A stretch of DNA of 64,000 nucleotides from a virus (lineage: Duplodnaviria; Heunggongvirae; Uroviricota; Caudoviricetes): IMG/VR virus record IMGVR_UViG_3300027320_000003, positions 70,192 to 134,191 of that record, one strand, 5' to 3'. The notes under the pieces were generated by a model. The model saw only the letters and a list, made by a program, of their open reading frames with translations. It was not told the DNA's origin and did not search any database. This document shows, one piece after another, positions 18,904 to 28,526 of this stretch. Position numbers and translations under genes: made by a program. Within the stretch, counting starts at the first letter, position 1. Each line of letters begins with the position of its first letter.

Positions 18904-20465
18904 TTTGGAAACATCCAGTTCTGCTTTTCATATAGTCGACCAAAATCACTATCGAGGATGTAGGTGATACCCCAATCATCCATGCTACGAACCACGCGAC
19001 CAGAGCTCTGGACAATCATCATCACCGCCTTCATTTGGTACCAATCAGGGTCTATATCCATGCGAGCCTTAACCTGACGATCGCCGATGTATGGGTACGC
19101 AACCTTAGCGATAATCTGCCAGCGTGCTAAATCATCCTTAAAATCAAATCCTTCGGTCACACTCGGGGAGATGAATATCGACCCATCAGTCGCGGCGAAC
19201 GTTTGCATCGCCGCCTCACGTTCATCAGCCTTCTTTGGAAAGATAATCTCGCGCCCAAGATCCTGCAGTTCACGGCATATGCGCTGGCCAATGTCGTATG
19301 ATACGCAGTGAATTAACCCGCGCTCCTTGTGACTGGCGGCAATCTTCTTCGCTGCACGGATTAACACAGGGATCGTTTGATCGCGGTCCCTCTTGCTCAT
19401 ACTACCCATCGGCTTAAAATAGATTGGACGGTTCTCGATAGGGAAATCGCTACCAAGCGCGCCCCATGCTACATCGTCCGGATTCAGTCCAAGACTCTTG
19501 CAGAATGTATGCTTATCACCAGGGTACGCTGAGAGATATACGCGTATGTCACTACCGCCAAATAGGTCCATAAAGTAGTTGCTGGCAACAATTGGTTTAA
19601 GACGATAGGAACTAATTCTATCGTTGTCGTCCCGCTCCTCCCAAAAAACCCAGTTCTTAATGTCGTCACTAACGTATTCGAGTGTCCTGTTTATGGAGCA
19701 GACCATCCCATCAATCCAGCGTAGGTCGCTATTTTGGTCGTCTGACGCATCCGTGAGATCGGTGAGAACATTGAAGTGCTCAGATAACACACCACGGTAT
19801 ACCACGAGCCATTCAAGATAACCTTTTAAATCTCTGAGTACTGGGAGCGAATCGCCAGTCCATCGCTTACAATCCTCCTCAGAGACCGAAATCTCAATGA
19901 ATCGCATAATCTCGTTCTCAATACCATGACACTCATCAGCAATCAGCACCTGTCTATCAGCAAGTTTACCGGCATACTTGCGCTCATTCAGATAATAGCT
20001 GTAGTTGGTGATACCAATCTCCGCGTTTACAAACTCGTCCTTCTTCATCGTGTATGGGCATGTGCCACTCTTCTTACACGAGCACCCGTCCTTCTTACGC
20101 GCCGCGACTCCGCAGGTACCGTGGAATTGGCAGGTGTACTCATCGGCACCCTTGAGCAACACCGTGTGACAACCATTCTGATATAGCGGGTTATCCTTCT
20201 CGAGTTGATCCTGGAGTAGTTTCTGGGTTACAAGGTAATAGGCACCGCGTCCAACTGTGTTTGAGCTACTCTCAAAGGATTGCGAATACCATCTGGCTGT
20301 CGTAAGCCCAATTGCGCTCTTACCTGAGCCGGTCGGTGCTGGAATAACGATGTCCTTATACCCCTCCGAGATCTTCTTCTGGATAAAGTCCAGCGCCTTA
20401 AGCTGGCGTGGTCGAGGTACATCTAAGACGAAATAGTCAGCAATATTCACGTCTGAAGAACCCAA
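18873..20465 (-). CDS. DinG/XPD (Rad3)-like SF2 helicase with Fe-S cluster domain
   Basis: Walker A PAPTGSGKS. DEAH-type box LIADECHG. A four-Cys cluster between motifs I and II (CQFHGTCG...CSCKKSGTCPY), which is the hallmark of Rad3-family Fe-S helicases. Confidence 0.7.
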   Translation of the reverse strand: MGSSDVNIADYFVLDVPRPRQLKALDFIQKKISEGYKDIVIPAPTGSGKSAIGLTTARWYSQSFESSSNTVGRGAYYLVTQKLLQDQLEKDNPLYQNGCHTVLLKGADEYTCQFHGTCGVAARKKDGCSCKKSGTCPYTMKKDEFVNAEIGITNYSYYLNERKYAGKLADRQVLIADECHGIENEIMRFIEISVSEEDCKRWTGDSLPVLRDLKGYLEWLVVYRGVLSEHFNVLTDLTDASDDQNSDLRWIDGMVCSINRTLEYVSDDIKNWVFWEERDDNDRISSYRLKPIVASNYFMDLFGGSDIRVYLSAYPGDKHTFCKSLGLNPDDVAWGALGSDFPIENRPIYFKPMGSMSKRDRDQTIPVLIRAAKKIAASHKERGLIHCVSYDIGQRICRELQDLGREIIFPKKADEREAAMQTFAATDGSIFISPSVTEGFDFKDDLARWQIIAKVAYPYIGDRQVKARMDIDPDWYQMKAVMMIVQSSGRVVRSMDDWGITYILDSDFGRLYEKQNWMFPKWFKDAVVKR

Positions 20466-20468
20466 CCG

Positions 20469-20503
20469 CTTTCCACCGTATCAATATCGTGTATTTTACT
20501 CCT
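20469..20503 (+). promoter_or_regulatory. conserved promoter-like element, copy 2
   Basis: CTTTCCA-N13-GTGTATTTTACTCCT, in the divergent gap between the helicase and the gene at 20556. Followed by a roughly 50-nt leader containing the palindrome ccaagcgtggcttgg. Confidence 0.5.
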
Positions 20504-20555
20504 TAACCAAGGAGTTCCAAGCGTGGCTTGGGCATCCGCAAAGAGTAATTAATCT

Positions 20556-21065
20556 ATGAAATCGCCTCAAAAAAGCAAAGACCTGATCAACTTCCTATTT
20601 GGCACAAGCCAACAAGAATCACTCGAGGAAGCACAGGGTGAAGATATGGTGAAGATTTTTGAGGATATCGACGTTCTCGAGTTTTACGAAAACCATGTTG
20701 ACGACTTATTTAAAGCTCTCAAATCCGTCGGAGTCGTCCTCAAGAAGGAGGATATCGAAGTCACTCCAACTGGCCTGAAGGTCTGTGATAGAAACATCAC
20801 AAAGCTCCTCAATGATCCTGAGAAGTTCGGTAAGATTCTCGAGCTTGGATATGTTCCTGTGCACTCCGTAGTTGACACGGAAGATAATTACCTCTTTATC
20901 TGCAATACTGAGAAGGATTTGGACGAGAAAGAATCGAAGGCAGCTGACATTGATCGCGCCCTAAACGTCACCGATGAGGAGTACAAGAAACTCCGCAAGA
21001 GCAAAAACGTTGATGTCGATATCGAGAAACTCGTCGATCAGATGATCAAGGATGAGGGTAAATAA
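20556..21065 (+). CDS. hypothetical acidic protein
   Basis: 169-aa ORF. Confidence 0.4.
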   Translation: MKSPQKSKDLINFLFGTSQQESLEEAQGEDMVKIFEDIDVLEFYENHVDDLFKALKSVGVVLKKEDIEVTPTGLKVCDRNITKLLNDPEKFGKILELGYVPVHSVVDTEDNYLFICNTEKDLDEKESKAADIDRALNVTDEEYKKLRKSKNVDVDIEKLVDQMIKDEGK

Positions 21066-21567
21066 GATGAGCCGCTCCTACGAGGATCTCGCCTATATCT
21101 CCCAGCGCCGATACGATTGTCGCCTATTAGAGGCATACCGCGGCACGGACATTGTCTCCTGGCACGGTATGATTGAACGCCAACTCGTTGGGATGCTTCA
21201 AGACGCTGAGGCTGGCGGTAACTCACCAAACGCTGACAAACTCCGTGAATTTCTTAAAACGTGGCGCGACAATCCAATCTCTGGTAGTATCAACGTCGAG
21301 GATCTTGACACGCTTCTAGCCGCTACGTCCCAGCTCGCTGTTGATAACTGGAAGTTGAGCACATACTTTATCGGTCTACGTGATAACCTACGTAAGATCA
21401 TCGCAAGTGAAGAGGAAATGCCACGCGGTGATAACATTATGGATGAGCCGTCGGTTCGTAGAGGTATCAATAAGGCACCAACGACACCGTTTAATGCGCA
21501 GAAAGACGCGCCTCCAGAGCCGGCCGTGCCAGAGACTCCGGCGCCGGGCACTGAACCGGTTATTTAA
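21052..21567 (+). CDS. hypothetical protein
   Basis: 171-aa ORF. Confidence 0.4.
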   Translation: MRVNKMSRSYEDLAYISQRRYDCRLLEAYRGTDIVSWHGMIERQLVGMLQDAEAGGNSPNADKLREFLKTWRDNPISGSINVEDLDTLLAATSQLAVDNWKLSTYFIGLRDNLRKIIASEEEMPRGDNIMDEPSVRRGINKAPTTPFNAQKDAPPEPAVPETPAPGTEPVI

Positions 21568-21570
21568 TAG

Positions 21571-21608
21571 CTTTCCAACGGGCACCGGCGGTGTATTCTA
21601 CCACCATG
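21571..21608 (+). promoter_or_regulatory. conserved promoter-like element, copy 3 (fused to the ligase ATG)
   Basis: CTTTCCA-N13-GTGTATTCTACCACC-ATG. Confidence 0.55.
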
Positions 21609-22718
21609 ACACCCGTAAACTCCGACGTCGTCCAATCTCTTAAAGATCAGCTCCTCCAATGGGATCACGAGTATTACACTCTTAGCTATCCCACCGTCAC
21701 AGACGCTGAATACGATCGCGTAAAGAAGGAGTACATCTCCTTGACCGGTGACACCGCTGTCCGTGGTCGTGCTGATTCAGGCAAGAAACAGAGGCACAAG
21801 GTTCCAATGCTCAGCCTGTCGAACGTTTTCTCCGAGGCTGAAATCCACCAATTTTTTAGCAAATATGACCTCGAGAACGAGGAATGGACGGCGGAGTACA
21901 AGGTTGACGGTCTTAGCCTCAGTCTCATCTATGAACATGGCAAGCTGACAAAGGCGATTACCCGTGGCGACGGTGTTACGGGTGACGACGTTACCGCCAA
22001 CGCCATGAATTTTGTTCCAAGGATAGTCGAGGAATTAGCCGAAGATTCTTATGCTGAGATTCGTGGTGAGGTTATTATCCCACGTTCCACCTTTAAGAAG
22101 CTAAATGAAACTCTCGTTGAATCCGGTGAAGAGCCGTTTGCCAACGCTCGTAATGCCGCCTCCGGTAGCCTCAAGTTGAAGGATGCTAGCGAGTCCAAGA
22201 AACGTGGATTACAGTTCATCTCCTACCGATTTATCGTTGACGACTACGCTGACCTACTGACACATGGCGACGAGATTAGTGCCTTGAAGGCCTACGGTTT
22301 CACCACTGTTGACACAGGATCAATTGAATCACTGATCGCTAATAGAGACAGTATCGACTACGATACTGATGGTCTGGTGATTAAGATTAAATTTCTTGAG
22401 GACCAACAAAAAGCTGGTGATGCCAACGGTTATCCAAAGTGGGCATGTGCCTATAAACTCCCACAGCCAAGAGTTACCACCATACTTCTTGACATCGTGC
22501 TCACCGTTGGTCGTACCGGCCAGATTACTCCTAATGCAGTGCTCAAGCCGGTACAGTTGGATGGTAGCCGCGTTAAGGCCGCGAGTCTTTGCAACCAAGA
22601 TGAGATCGACCGACTTGGAATCGACATCGGCGATACAGTCATCATTGAGAAGGCCTGTGCTATTATTCCAAAAATCGTTGGAAGAGTGAATACTGCGGGT
22701 GTGTCTGAGGTTCTGTAG
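21606..22718 (+). CDS. ligA: NAD-dependent DNA ligase (short LigA-like, no BRCT region)
   Basis: EYKVDGLSLSLIYEHGKLTKAITRGDGVTGDDVT matches the LigA adenylation segment (KxDG...RGDG). The N-terminal Ia-like segment LLQWDHEYYTLSYPTVTDAEYDRV is the NAD-specificity domain. Start set at the ATG at 21606; the track start at 21591 is the GTG inside the promoter motif. Confidence 0.8.
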   Translation: MTPVNSDVVQSLKDQLLQWDHEYYTLSYPTVTDAEYDRVKKEYISLTGDTAVRGRADSGKKQRHKVPMLSLSNVFSEAEIHQFFSKYDLENEEWTAEYKVDGLSLSLIYEHGKLTKAITRGDGVTGDDVTANAMNFVPRIVEELAEDSYAEIRGEVIIPRSTFKKLNETLVESGEEPFANARNAASGSLKLKDASESKKRGLQFISYRFIVDDYADLLTHGDEISALKAYGFTTVDTGSIESLIANRDSIDYDTDGLVIKIKFLEDQQKAGDANGYPKWACAYKLPQPRVTTILLDIVLTVGRTGQITPNAVLKPVQLDGSRVKAASLCNQDEIDRLGIDIGDTVIIEKACAIIPKIVGRVNTAGVSEVL

Positions 22719-22721
22719 TCC

Positions 22722-23465
22722 ATGAAAATTCTCGTCATTCCGGACATCCACCACAAGTGGAGGTTGGCGGAGCGTATTATTGCCCACGAACGCGGCAATT
22801 ATGATAAAATCGTATTTTTAGGCGATTACTTCGACGATTTTGGCGATAATGCCAAAATATCTGGCGAGACCGCCGATTGGCTAAAGACGTCTATCGAGGT
22901 TGAGAATCGGATTCATCTGCTCGGCAACCATGATATGCCGTATGCCTTTTCGCATAACCAACATGTCAGTTGCTCTGGCTTTACCCACGAGAAATGTCGC
23001 GAGATTAACAGTCGTCTTAACCACATGGACTGGGCAAAACTAAGTCTAGCCTACTTCAAAGACGGGGTAATGTATTCGCACGCAGGATTTAGTCGCCGGC
23101 TATTCGAGCACCCAGTAAACGGCATGGAATCATCCTCCGTCCTAGAGATTCTCGAGCGGGCGATTAACTGCGCACGAGGTGGCATCTACACCTGCTACCT
23201 AGGCGTTGGCATGAGCCGTGGTGGTAGCCAGATGCAAGGCGGTGTTACGTGGGCCCATTGGTATTCTGACATAGATCCAATCAATGATTGGTCGATGGTT
23301 GTTGGACATACAACGGTAGGTCAACCAACCTACAAATGGATGCCAAACCGCCGCAAAGCCAAGAGATACTGTCTTAACATAGACACGCAGCTAAAGTATT
23401 ATGCAATCATCGAGGATGGAGTTGCCCACTGCAAGCAAACACCAACCGAATTACTCAAGGAATAG
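22722..23465 (+). CDS. calcineurin-like metallophosphoesterase (lambda PPase/ApaH-like)
   Basis: Motifs DIHH, GDYFD and GNHD in the canonical order. Confidence 0.65.
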   Translation: MKILVIPDIHHKWRLAERIIAHERGNYDKIVFLGDYFDDFGDNAKISGETADWLKTSIEVENRIHLLGNHDMPYAFSHNQHVSCSGFTHEKCREINSRLNHMDWAKLSLAYFKDGVMYSHAGFSRRLFEHPVNGMESSSVLEILERAINCARGGIYTCYLGVGMSRGGSQMQGGVTWAHWYSDIDPINDWSMVVGHTTVGQPTYKWMPNRRKAKRYCLNIDTQLKYYAIIEDGVAHCKQTPTELLKE

Positions 23466-23472
23466 ATAGTAT

Positions 23473-23715
23473 ATGCGCGCATCAGACAAAGAAATATTGT
23501 ACGAAATTGAACAGCTTGGAGACGTTCTCACCGACTACGAAGGTGATGACGATACCACCGGCAAGATTAAAGCCCAGATTGAGGTCCTTAAGGATCGGCT
23601 CGATGAGGAAACGATCGTCGACCAATTCACTGACGAGGAGATTCAAGACGCCGCTATTGCCGCCTATGAATGGATCATCGACTCAAACAACACTCCACCG
23701 TCCGAGACCTACTGA
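23473..23715 (+). CDS. hypothetical acidic protein
   Basis: 80-aa ORF. Confidence 0.35.
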   Translation: MRASDKEILYEIEQLGDVLTDYEGDDDTTGKIKAQIEVLKDRLDEETIVDQFTDEEIQDAAIAAYEWIIDSNNTPPSETY

Positions 23716-23852
23716 TGAAACCAGAGGTAGCGCTAGTGGTTTTTGCGTCTATTGGGGTTATAGGAGGAATTGTTTGCTATTTGAAATTGTCATCTCCTCT
23801 GGCCAATATCACGGAGTTAAAACCTAAACATCCAGACCTACGAAAGGGTTGA
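23715..23852 (+). CDS. small membrane peptide (about 46 aa)
   Basis: ATG overlaps the upstream TGA. Translation MKPEVALVVFASIGVIGGIVCYLKLSS... is a single TM helix. The track begins it earlier, at 23670. Confidence 0.35.
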   Translation: MKPEVALVVFASIGVIGGIVCYLKLSSPLANITELKPKHPDLRKG

Positions 23853-23854
23853 AT

Positions 23855-24016
23855 ATGAATGGTAAAGGTAGTTCACCGCGTAATCTCGGCAGCAAGTTTC
23901 ACGAGAATTACTCTAAGATCAAGTGGAGTGGCGTAGGCGAGGCTCCAAAAGTGGGTAGAGCGGTGAAGATTTTTAAATCCAGTGGTAAGAGAGTGTTCTC
24001 CGTCAGTGATAAAAAT
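23855..24016 (+). CDS. small ORF (54 aa), possibly the N-terminal part of the downstream helicase
   Basis: SD gaaagggttgaatATG. Overlaps the helicase ORF by 35 nt in another frame. Confidence 0.25.
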
Positions 24017-25754
24017 TAGCGAGACACCAACCAAAATCATCCTAGACGGTGATTTGAAGGTTATTAAGGAACTCCAGGACCGTACCAAATATCGGCCAAA
24101 CGGCTACCACATGGCCGATACATACCAGCTATACCGCAAGAGTGGTGGACAACGTGGCTGGGATGGTTATCGCCGAATCATCGACACTAAGACACGACCG
24201 TTCGCAGCACGCGGACACCTAGGAAGAGTCCAGGATGAACTTGCTCTCATGGGTGTAGAAACTAACATGACGGCGGTTCTACGCTCACCATTTGAATTTA
24301 TATCAATTGAGGATATACCTGATGACCTACTCGACGTGCCGCTAGACGAGAATCAGTGGGCCCTACAGAAGCGGTGCATCCACGCCCTACTTCAACGATC
24401 AATTGGCCGTGTTAAAGTCACCGTCTCTGGCGGTAAAACTGCCCTATTCTGCGCCATCGCATCCTACGTTAAGCGGTCTATCCCTGAGGCACGATTCTTA
24501 TATCTTACGCCAAACGAGCGTCTCGTTACCCAAGTATACGCCGAGAGCAAGAAGTTTCTAAAGGGATGGGACATTGGCAAGTTTGGAGGTGGTGGACAGA
24601 ATTTTGCCGCAGAGGATATGATTGTTGCTACGGCCGCGATTCTTGGACGGAGGCACGCTAAACTCACCGCTGACAAGTGGTATAAATCATTTCATTGCCT
24701 ACTGGTTGATGAGTTTCAATATGCCGCCGGTAACACCTACCAACAGGTGCTCTATTCGTGTTCAGCCCTGTTCAGGTATGGTGCGAGTGACACACTTAAA
24801 CTAGACGATCCAGACAAGAATAACGCATTGCAGGGTCTACTAGGTGACGTGGTTGAGGGTGTTGAATTTCATGAGGTGCAGGCATTTGACCGCGTTGCAA
24901 CTCCAACATTCTATATCGTTGAAGAACCGGCATGGAAGAATATCCATAGCCACCTTGAACATACCGTATCGCCAAACAGCGAGGCCTGGTTTATCGCCAA
25001 TGGTGAGTGGTACAAGGGAATGTATCTTGGACCGTGCTGGGAGCTCAATGAGGACGGTGACCCAGTGAAGGACCGCCGTGGTAATCCGGTGCAAATAACC
25101 GGCCTGCATGAGATTGAGGTAGACGGTGAGAAATACCACATTGAGAGCCAGTGGTGTCTACTCAGCCGTAAGTATGACGTCGGTGTTATTCGCAATAAGC
25201 TACGCAACAATCGCATCGCCCTATGGGCCAAACATTTCTCAGACCAGGGTAAGCAAACCCTGATTGTTGCGACACGGACTCTCCACGTGATGGTGCTACA
25301 GGCTGCATTGGAACGAGCGATTGGCCCTGATCTTGTGCGAGTTCTCTATGGCACCCACAACTCTAAAGAACGTGACGAGGCGTTTGAGTGGTTTAAGGCC
25401 ACGCCTGGCGCAGTTCTAATTTCACCGCTCGTAAAGGTCGGTGTCAGTATTAACGAGATTCGTGCTATGATCGTAGCCGATACTGTAGGCGACTGGGAGT
25501 TTGCTAATCAACTTGTTGGCCGAGCAATTCGTCGTAAGAATGTTGGTGAGAATACCTGCGAGATTGTGTGGTTCCTAGATAATACTCACCCAGGGTGGAC
25601 AAAGAGCACCGGCCACGTTATAAAGCAACTTTCAACCATCAAGGGCTATATTGTCCGCCGCGGAGTAAACACGCCGGCGGATATCGAAAAAGAGACCATG
25701 GGAGAGGCTCTCGGATTCTTGGACCTAAACCCACAACCAGGAGACCTAAGTTGA
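23982..25754 (+). CDS. SF2 helicase-like ATPase
   Basis: Motif I-like VTVSGGKTALF and motif II LLVDEFQ. C-terminal helicase-domain-like region. The start is uncertain: the track starts at a GTG. Confidence 0.5.
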   Translation: MVRECSPSVIKISETPTKIILDGDLKVIKELQDRTKYRPNGYHMADTYQLYRKSGGQRGWDGYRRIIDTKTRPFAARGHLGRVQDELALMGVETNMTAVLRSPFEFISIEDIPDDLLDVPLDENQWALQKRCIHALLQRSIGRVKVTVSGGKTALFCAIASYVKRSIPEARFLYLTPNERLVTQVYAESKKFLKGWDIGKFGGGGQNFAAEDMIVATAAILGRRHAKLTADKWYKSFHCLLVDEFQYAAGNTYQQVLYSCSALFRYGASDTLKLDDPDKNNALQGLLGDVVEGVEFHEVQAFDRVATPTFYIVEEPAWKNIHSHLEHTVSPNSEAWFIANGEWYKGMYLGPCWELNEDGDPVKDRRGNPVQITGLHEIEVDGEKYHIESQWCLLSRKYDVGVIRNKLRNNRIALWAKHFSDQGKQTLIVATRTLHVMVLQAALERAIGPDLVRVLYGTHNSKERDEAFEWFKATPGAVLISPLVKVGVSINEIRAMIVADTVGDWEFANQLVGRAIRRKNVGENTCEIVWFLDNTHPGWTKSTGHVIKQLSTIKGYIVRRGVNTPADIEKETMGEALGFLDLNPQPGDLS

Positions 25755-26893
25755 CACGCATTCATCTCATCGGATTATTTCATACATGCACCACGAAGAA
25801 GTGGAGTAGTTGCGCATTTACGCAGAAGGTGCTACGTTTCCCCAAGATGATGCACACCATTAAGGATCAGTACCATATCATTGAGTATGGTAATGGACAG
25901 ACTGACTCGGAGGCCGATGAGTTTGTGCCAATTATGACACAGGACGAGTTGCTGACGATGCTATCTCGCAAGAAGGATAGCGATTTCTACGGGCAGGATG
26001 CTACCATCGGATCCGACCAATGGCGTACGTTTGACGGTAAGCTCATTAATGAGATGGCCAAACGAATCCAACCTGGTGATATCGTCGCCCATCCATTCGG
26101 TCTACCGCACAGTAACCTGCAAAATCTATTTCCAAACGCCTACCACGTTGAGACCGGCATCGGTTATCCAAACTCCGGTCTGCGCTTTCGTATCTTTGAG
26201 AGCTTCGCCTGGTTACACTACCATAAGGGTCGTGCGAATAATGGCGCGAGTGAAGGCGGCGGTAACTACGAATGGGTTATTCCAAACTACTTCGACAAAG
26301 ACGATTGGCCATACAATCCAAACCCAACTAAGGACTACATCCTGTACTTTGGCCGAATTACTCCTGAGAAGGGATTAGGCACGGTAGCTGAGATAGCTAA
26401 GCGAATCGATACTCCGATCAAGATTGTTGGACAGGGTAACCCAGACCAATGGATCGAGCTCTCCGGCGGCAAATTGCAATATCATCCTCCAATCAATGGT
26501 CGTGACCGATGGAACATGGTTAGTAACGCGCTATGCTGCCTCATGCCAACCGAGTACATTGAACCATTTGGTGGATCTGGAGTTGAGGCAATGATGACCG
26601 GTGTACCACTGATCGCATCAGATCACGGAGCATTTACCGAGACTGTGGCACCTGGAGTTACTGGGTACCGATGTAAGACGCTCGGTGATTGGATCTATGC
26701 GACGGAGTGCATCAAAAACCTGGATCGTAAATCGATATCAGATTATTCCCACGAGAAATATACCCTAGAGGTCTGTGCTGAGAAATACCACGCCGCATTT
26801 AAGATGATCACTGGTCTAAGCGGTGAAGGTTGGTATTCTTCGGACCATCATTATATGAACCTGCAAGTCAATGGAGCAACCTATGAAGCTTAA
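25751..26893 (+). CDS. GT4-family (GT-B) glycosyltransferase
   Basis: C-terminal EPFGGSGVEAMMTGVPLIASDHGAFTETV matches the GT4 EX7E motif. TTG start overlapping the upstream TGA (TTGA) gives a GT-B-like N-terminus MTRIHLIGLFH. The alternative ATG is at 25847. Confidence 0.6.
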   Translation: MTRIHLIGLFHTCTTKKWSSCAFTQKVLRFPKMMHTIKDQYHIIEYGNGQTDSEADEFVPIMTQDELLTMLSRKKDSDFYGQDATIGSDQWRTFDGKLINEMAKRIQPGDIVAHPFGLPHSNLQNLFPNAYHVETGIGYPNSGLRFRIFESFAWLHYHKGRANNGASEGGGNYEWVIPNYFDKDDWPYNPNPTKDYILYFGRITPEKGLGTVAEIAKRIDTPIKIVGQGNPDQWIELSGGKLQYHPPINGRDRWNMVSNALCCLMPTEYIEPFGGSGVEAMMTGVPLIASDHGAFTETVAPGVTGYRCKTLGDWIYATECIKNLDRKSISDYSHEKYTLEVCAEKYHAAFKMITGLSGEGWYSSDHHYMNLQVNGATYEA

Positions 26894-27284
26894 ATTCTGG
26901 TATGAGCACCTCGGTGAGAACAAGATCTCGATTCATATTCAAACACCGGACGACAGAATTCATCCAATGTTTACTAGCGACGTTGACACCTGCAGGGCTG
27001 AGATAGCCGAGATGAAGAGCTCCATGTCTAACGCGATAGCCAATCTTCAGGCTGGAATTGAATGGTTGAAGGAAAAGCCAGCGTCATTGACAACACCGCC
27101 AATACCTGTTAAGAATCCGGTTAAATTGAAGACTGTTAGTTCAGTAACCGCGAATTCTTCCAAGAGCAAGAAAAACCAGAAATCAGCGGGTTCACCGATG
27201 TGGCAAGCGCTAGCTGGCATGCCAACCGCCAAGAGCAAGAAAACTCCTAAGAGAAAATCAATGTATCCGTGGATGGAGGGATAA
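26871..27284 (+). CDS. hypothetical protein with basic C-terminal tail
   Basis: The C-terminus carries SAGSPMWQALAGMPTAKSKKTPKRK, the same motif as the ORF at 4619-5383. Confidence 0.4.
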   Translation: MEQPMKLKFWYEHLGENKISIHIQTPDDRIHPMFTSDVDTCRAEIAEMKSSMSNAIANLQAGIEWLKEKPASLTTPPIPVKNPVKLKTVSSVTANSSKSKKNQKSAGSPMWQALAGMPTAKSKKTPKRKSMYPWMEG

Positions 27285-27285
27285 T

Positions 27286-27771
27286 ATGTCACATACACCG
27301 TATCTTAAAAAGCAATACGTAACTCAGCAGGTTAAGGCCATGTCGCACGGAGTTTTTCGTGCAAAGTTAAAGATGGGACGATGGTATCTTGTTTTCCCAA
27401 GTAGCGGAACGTCAATCGTTACAAACAGGGATCCATTGGAATTCCTGGTTGATTCATGGCTTACATGTATTAACGCCTATCTCATGGCCAAGGAGATCGA
27501 TGGTAAACTCAACATGGAGCCATATTTTATATCTAGCCGGCAAGAAGGTGCACCAAACATCTCACCAACCTTTGATACTCCTGATGGACTATTCGAGTGG
27601 TGGTATGAGAACAGGGATCACAAGATATTATGGAAGGTCCTAACCAGCCTCTATGACCCATCGCGGAAGATTGGCGAGCTTGCTAGCCCATCTGTGGCTG
27701 ATCGATGGGTTCATAAACCCGTGGTTCATGAACCGATTATTAGAGACGGTTACTCAAAGGTTATTGGATGA
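27286..27771 (+). CDS. hypothetical protein
   Basis: 161-aa ORF. Confidence 0.4.
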   Translation: MSHTPYLKKQYVTQQVKAMSHGVFRAKLKMGRWYLVFPSSGTSIVTNRDPLEFLVDSWLTCINAYLMAKEIDGKLNMEPYFISSRQEGAPNISPTFDTPDGLFEWWYENRDHKILWKVLTSLYDPSRKIGELASPSVADRWVHKPVVHEPIIRDGYSKVIG

Positions 27772-28010
27772 AGGCAACTCTTGAGTTTGATCTTCCAGAG
27801 GATGGAGACGCTCACCTGCGCGCAGTCCATGCGGTAGACACCTCGATTGCGATTAGTAATCTTGACGACGAGCTACGGTCACTCCTGAAGTTTGGGTTAA
27901 GCGACGAGGTTAAGAAACTAGAAGGAACGGTGGAAGTTTTAGACTGGGTTAGAAGTCGTCTTCGACACCATCTTGAAGACTACGGTGTTCTGTCAGTAAC
28001 ATTGAAATGA
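27768..28010 (+). CDS. hypothetical protein
   Basis: 80-aa ORF with ATGA overlap. Confidence 0.35.
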   Translation: MKATLEFDLPEDGDAHLRAVHAVDTSIAISNLDDELRSLLKFGLSDEVKKLEGTVEVLDWVRSRLRHHLEDYGVLSVTLK

Positions 28011-28198
28011 AAACAAAGGCCATTAGAATACACCACCGGAAGCGAGTTATACGCGCTAGGTTGGCCTATTGCACTAATTCCAGGGAGTCCTCGCGAATGA
28101 GCAAGACTCCTAAACCATGTTCCCGAGAGTGTTGCCAGAGGCAAAATAGACCAAAATTAAAATATGAGATTCTAGATGAATACGCATCCGAGGAATAA
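28007..28198 (+). CDS. hypothetical basic protein
   Basis: 63-aa ORF. Confidence 0.3.
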   Translation: MKTKAIRIHHRKRVIRARLAYCTNSRESSRMSKTPKPCSRECCQRQNRPKLKYEILDEYASEE

Positions 28199-28526
28199 AC
28201 AACTGGACTATGTCATTGAAAAGCTTGGAAATGAGCGAAGATGCCGCCATTTCATCGATAGCTATTATGACCACCTATCTGAGTTGACAACACTCCACTA
28301 TCGGTATCTCGGCAGGCGAATGGCCACAATAGCCGCGTTAGTGATAGCGAACCTCGTTGCCTCGGCGCTATGCTACTCGAGCGAAGTAGTAATATTCCTT
28401 CATCTCGTGTTCGCCACAAGTTGCTTTGTCTACGAGCTAATGACGAATACAACGAAGGCTCTTAACGGTCCAAAGATTATCAGTATGATTGAATACTACC
28501 ATGAATATTATGAGGAGAACAGGTGA
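28176..28526 (+). CDS. hypothetical membrane protein
   Basis: Hydrophobic segment MATIAALVIANLVASALCY. Confidence 0.35.
   Translation: MNTHPRNKQLDYVIEKLGNERRCRHFIDSYYDHLSELTTLHYRYLGRRMATIAALVIANLVASALCYSSEVVIFLHLVFATSCFVYELMTNTTKALNGPKIISMIEYYHEYYEENR

Noticed and set aside
21591-21605. Track-proposed GTG/ATG starts lying inside the conserved promoter element (21591, 32590, 58678, 59884, 5405)
   Set aside because: These codons are part of the invariant GTGTATTCTCCT promoter core, shared by unrelated genes. The consistently placed ATG 15-36 nt downstream is the more plausible start.
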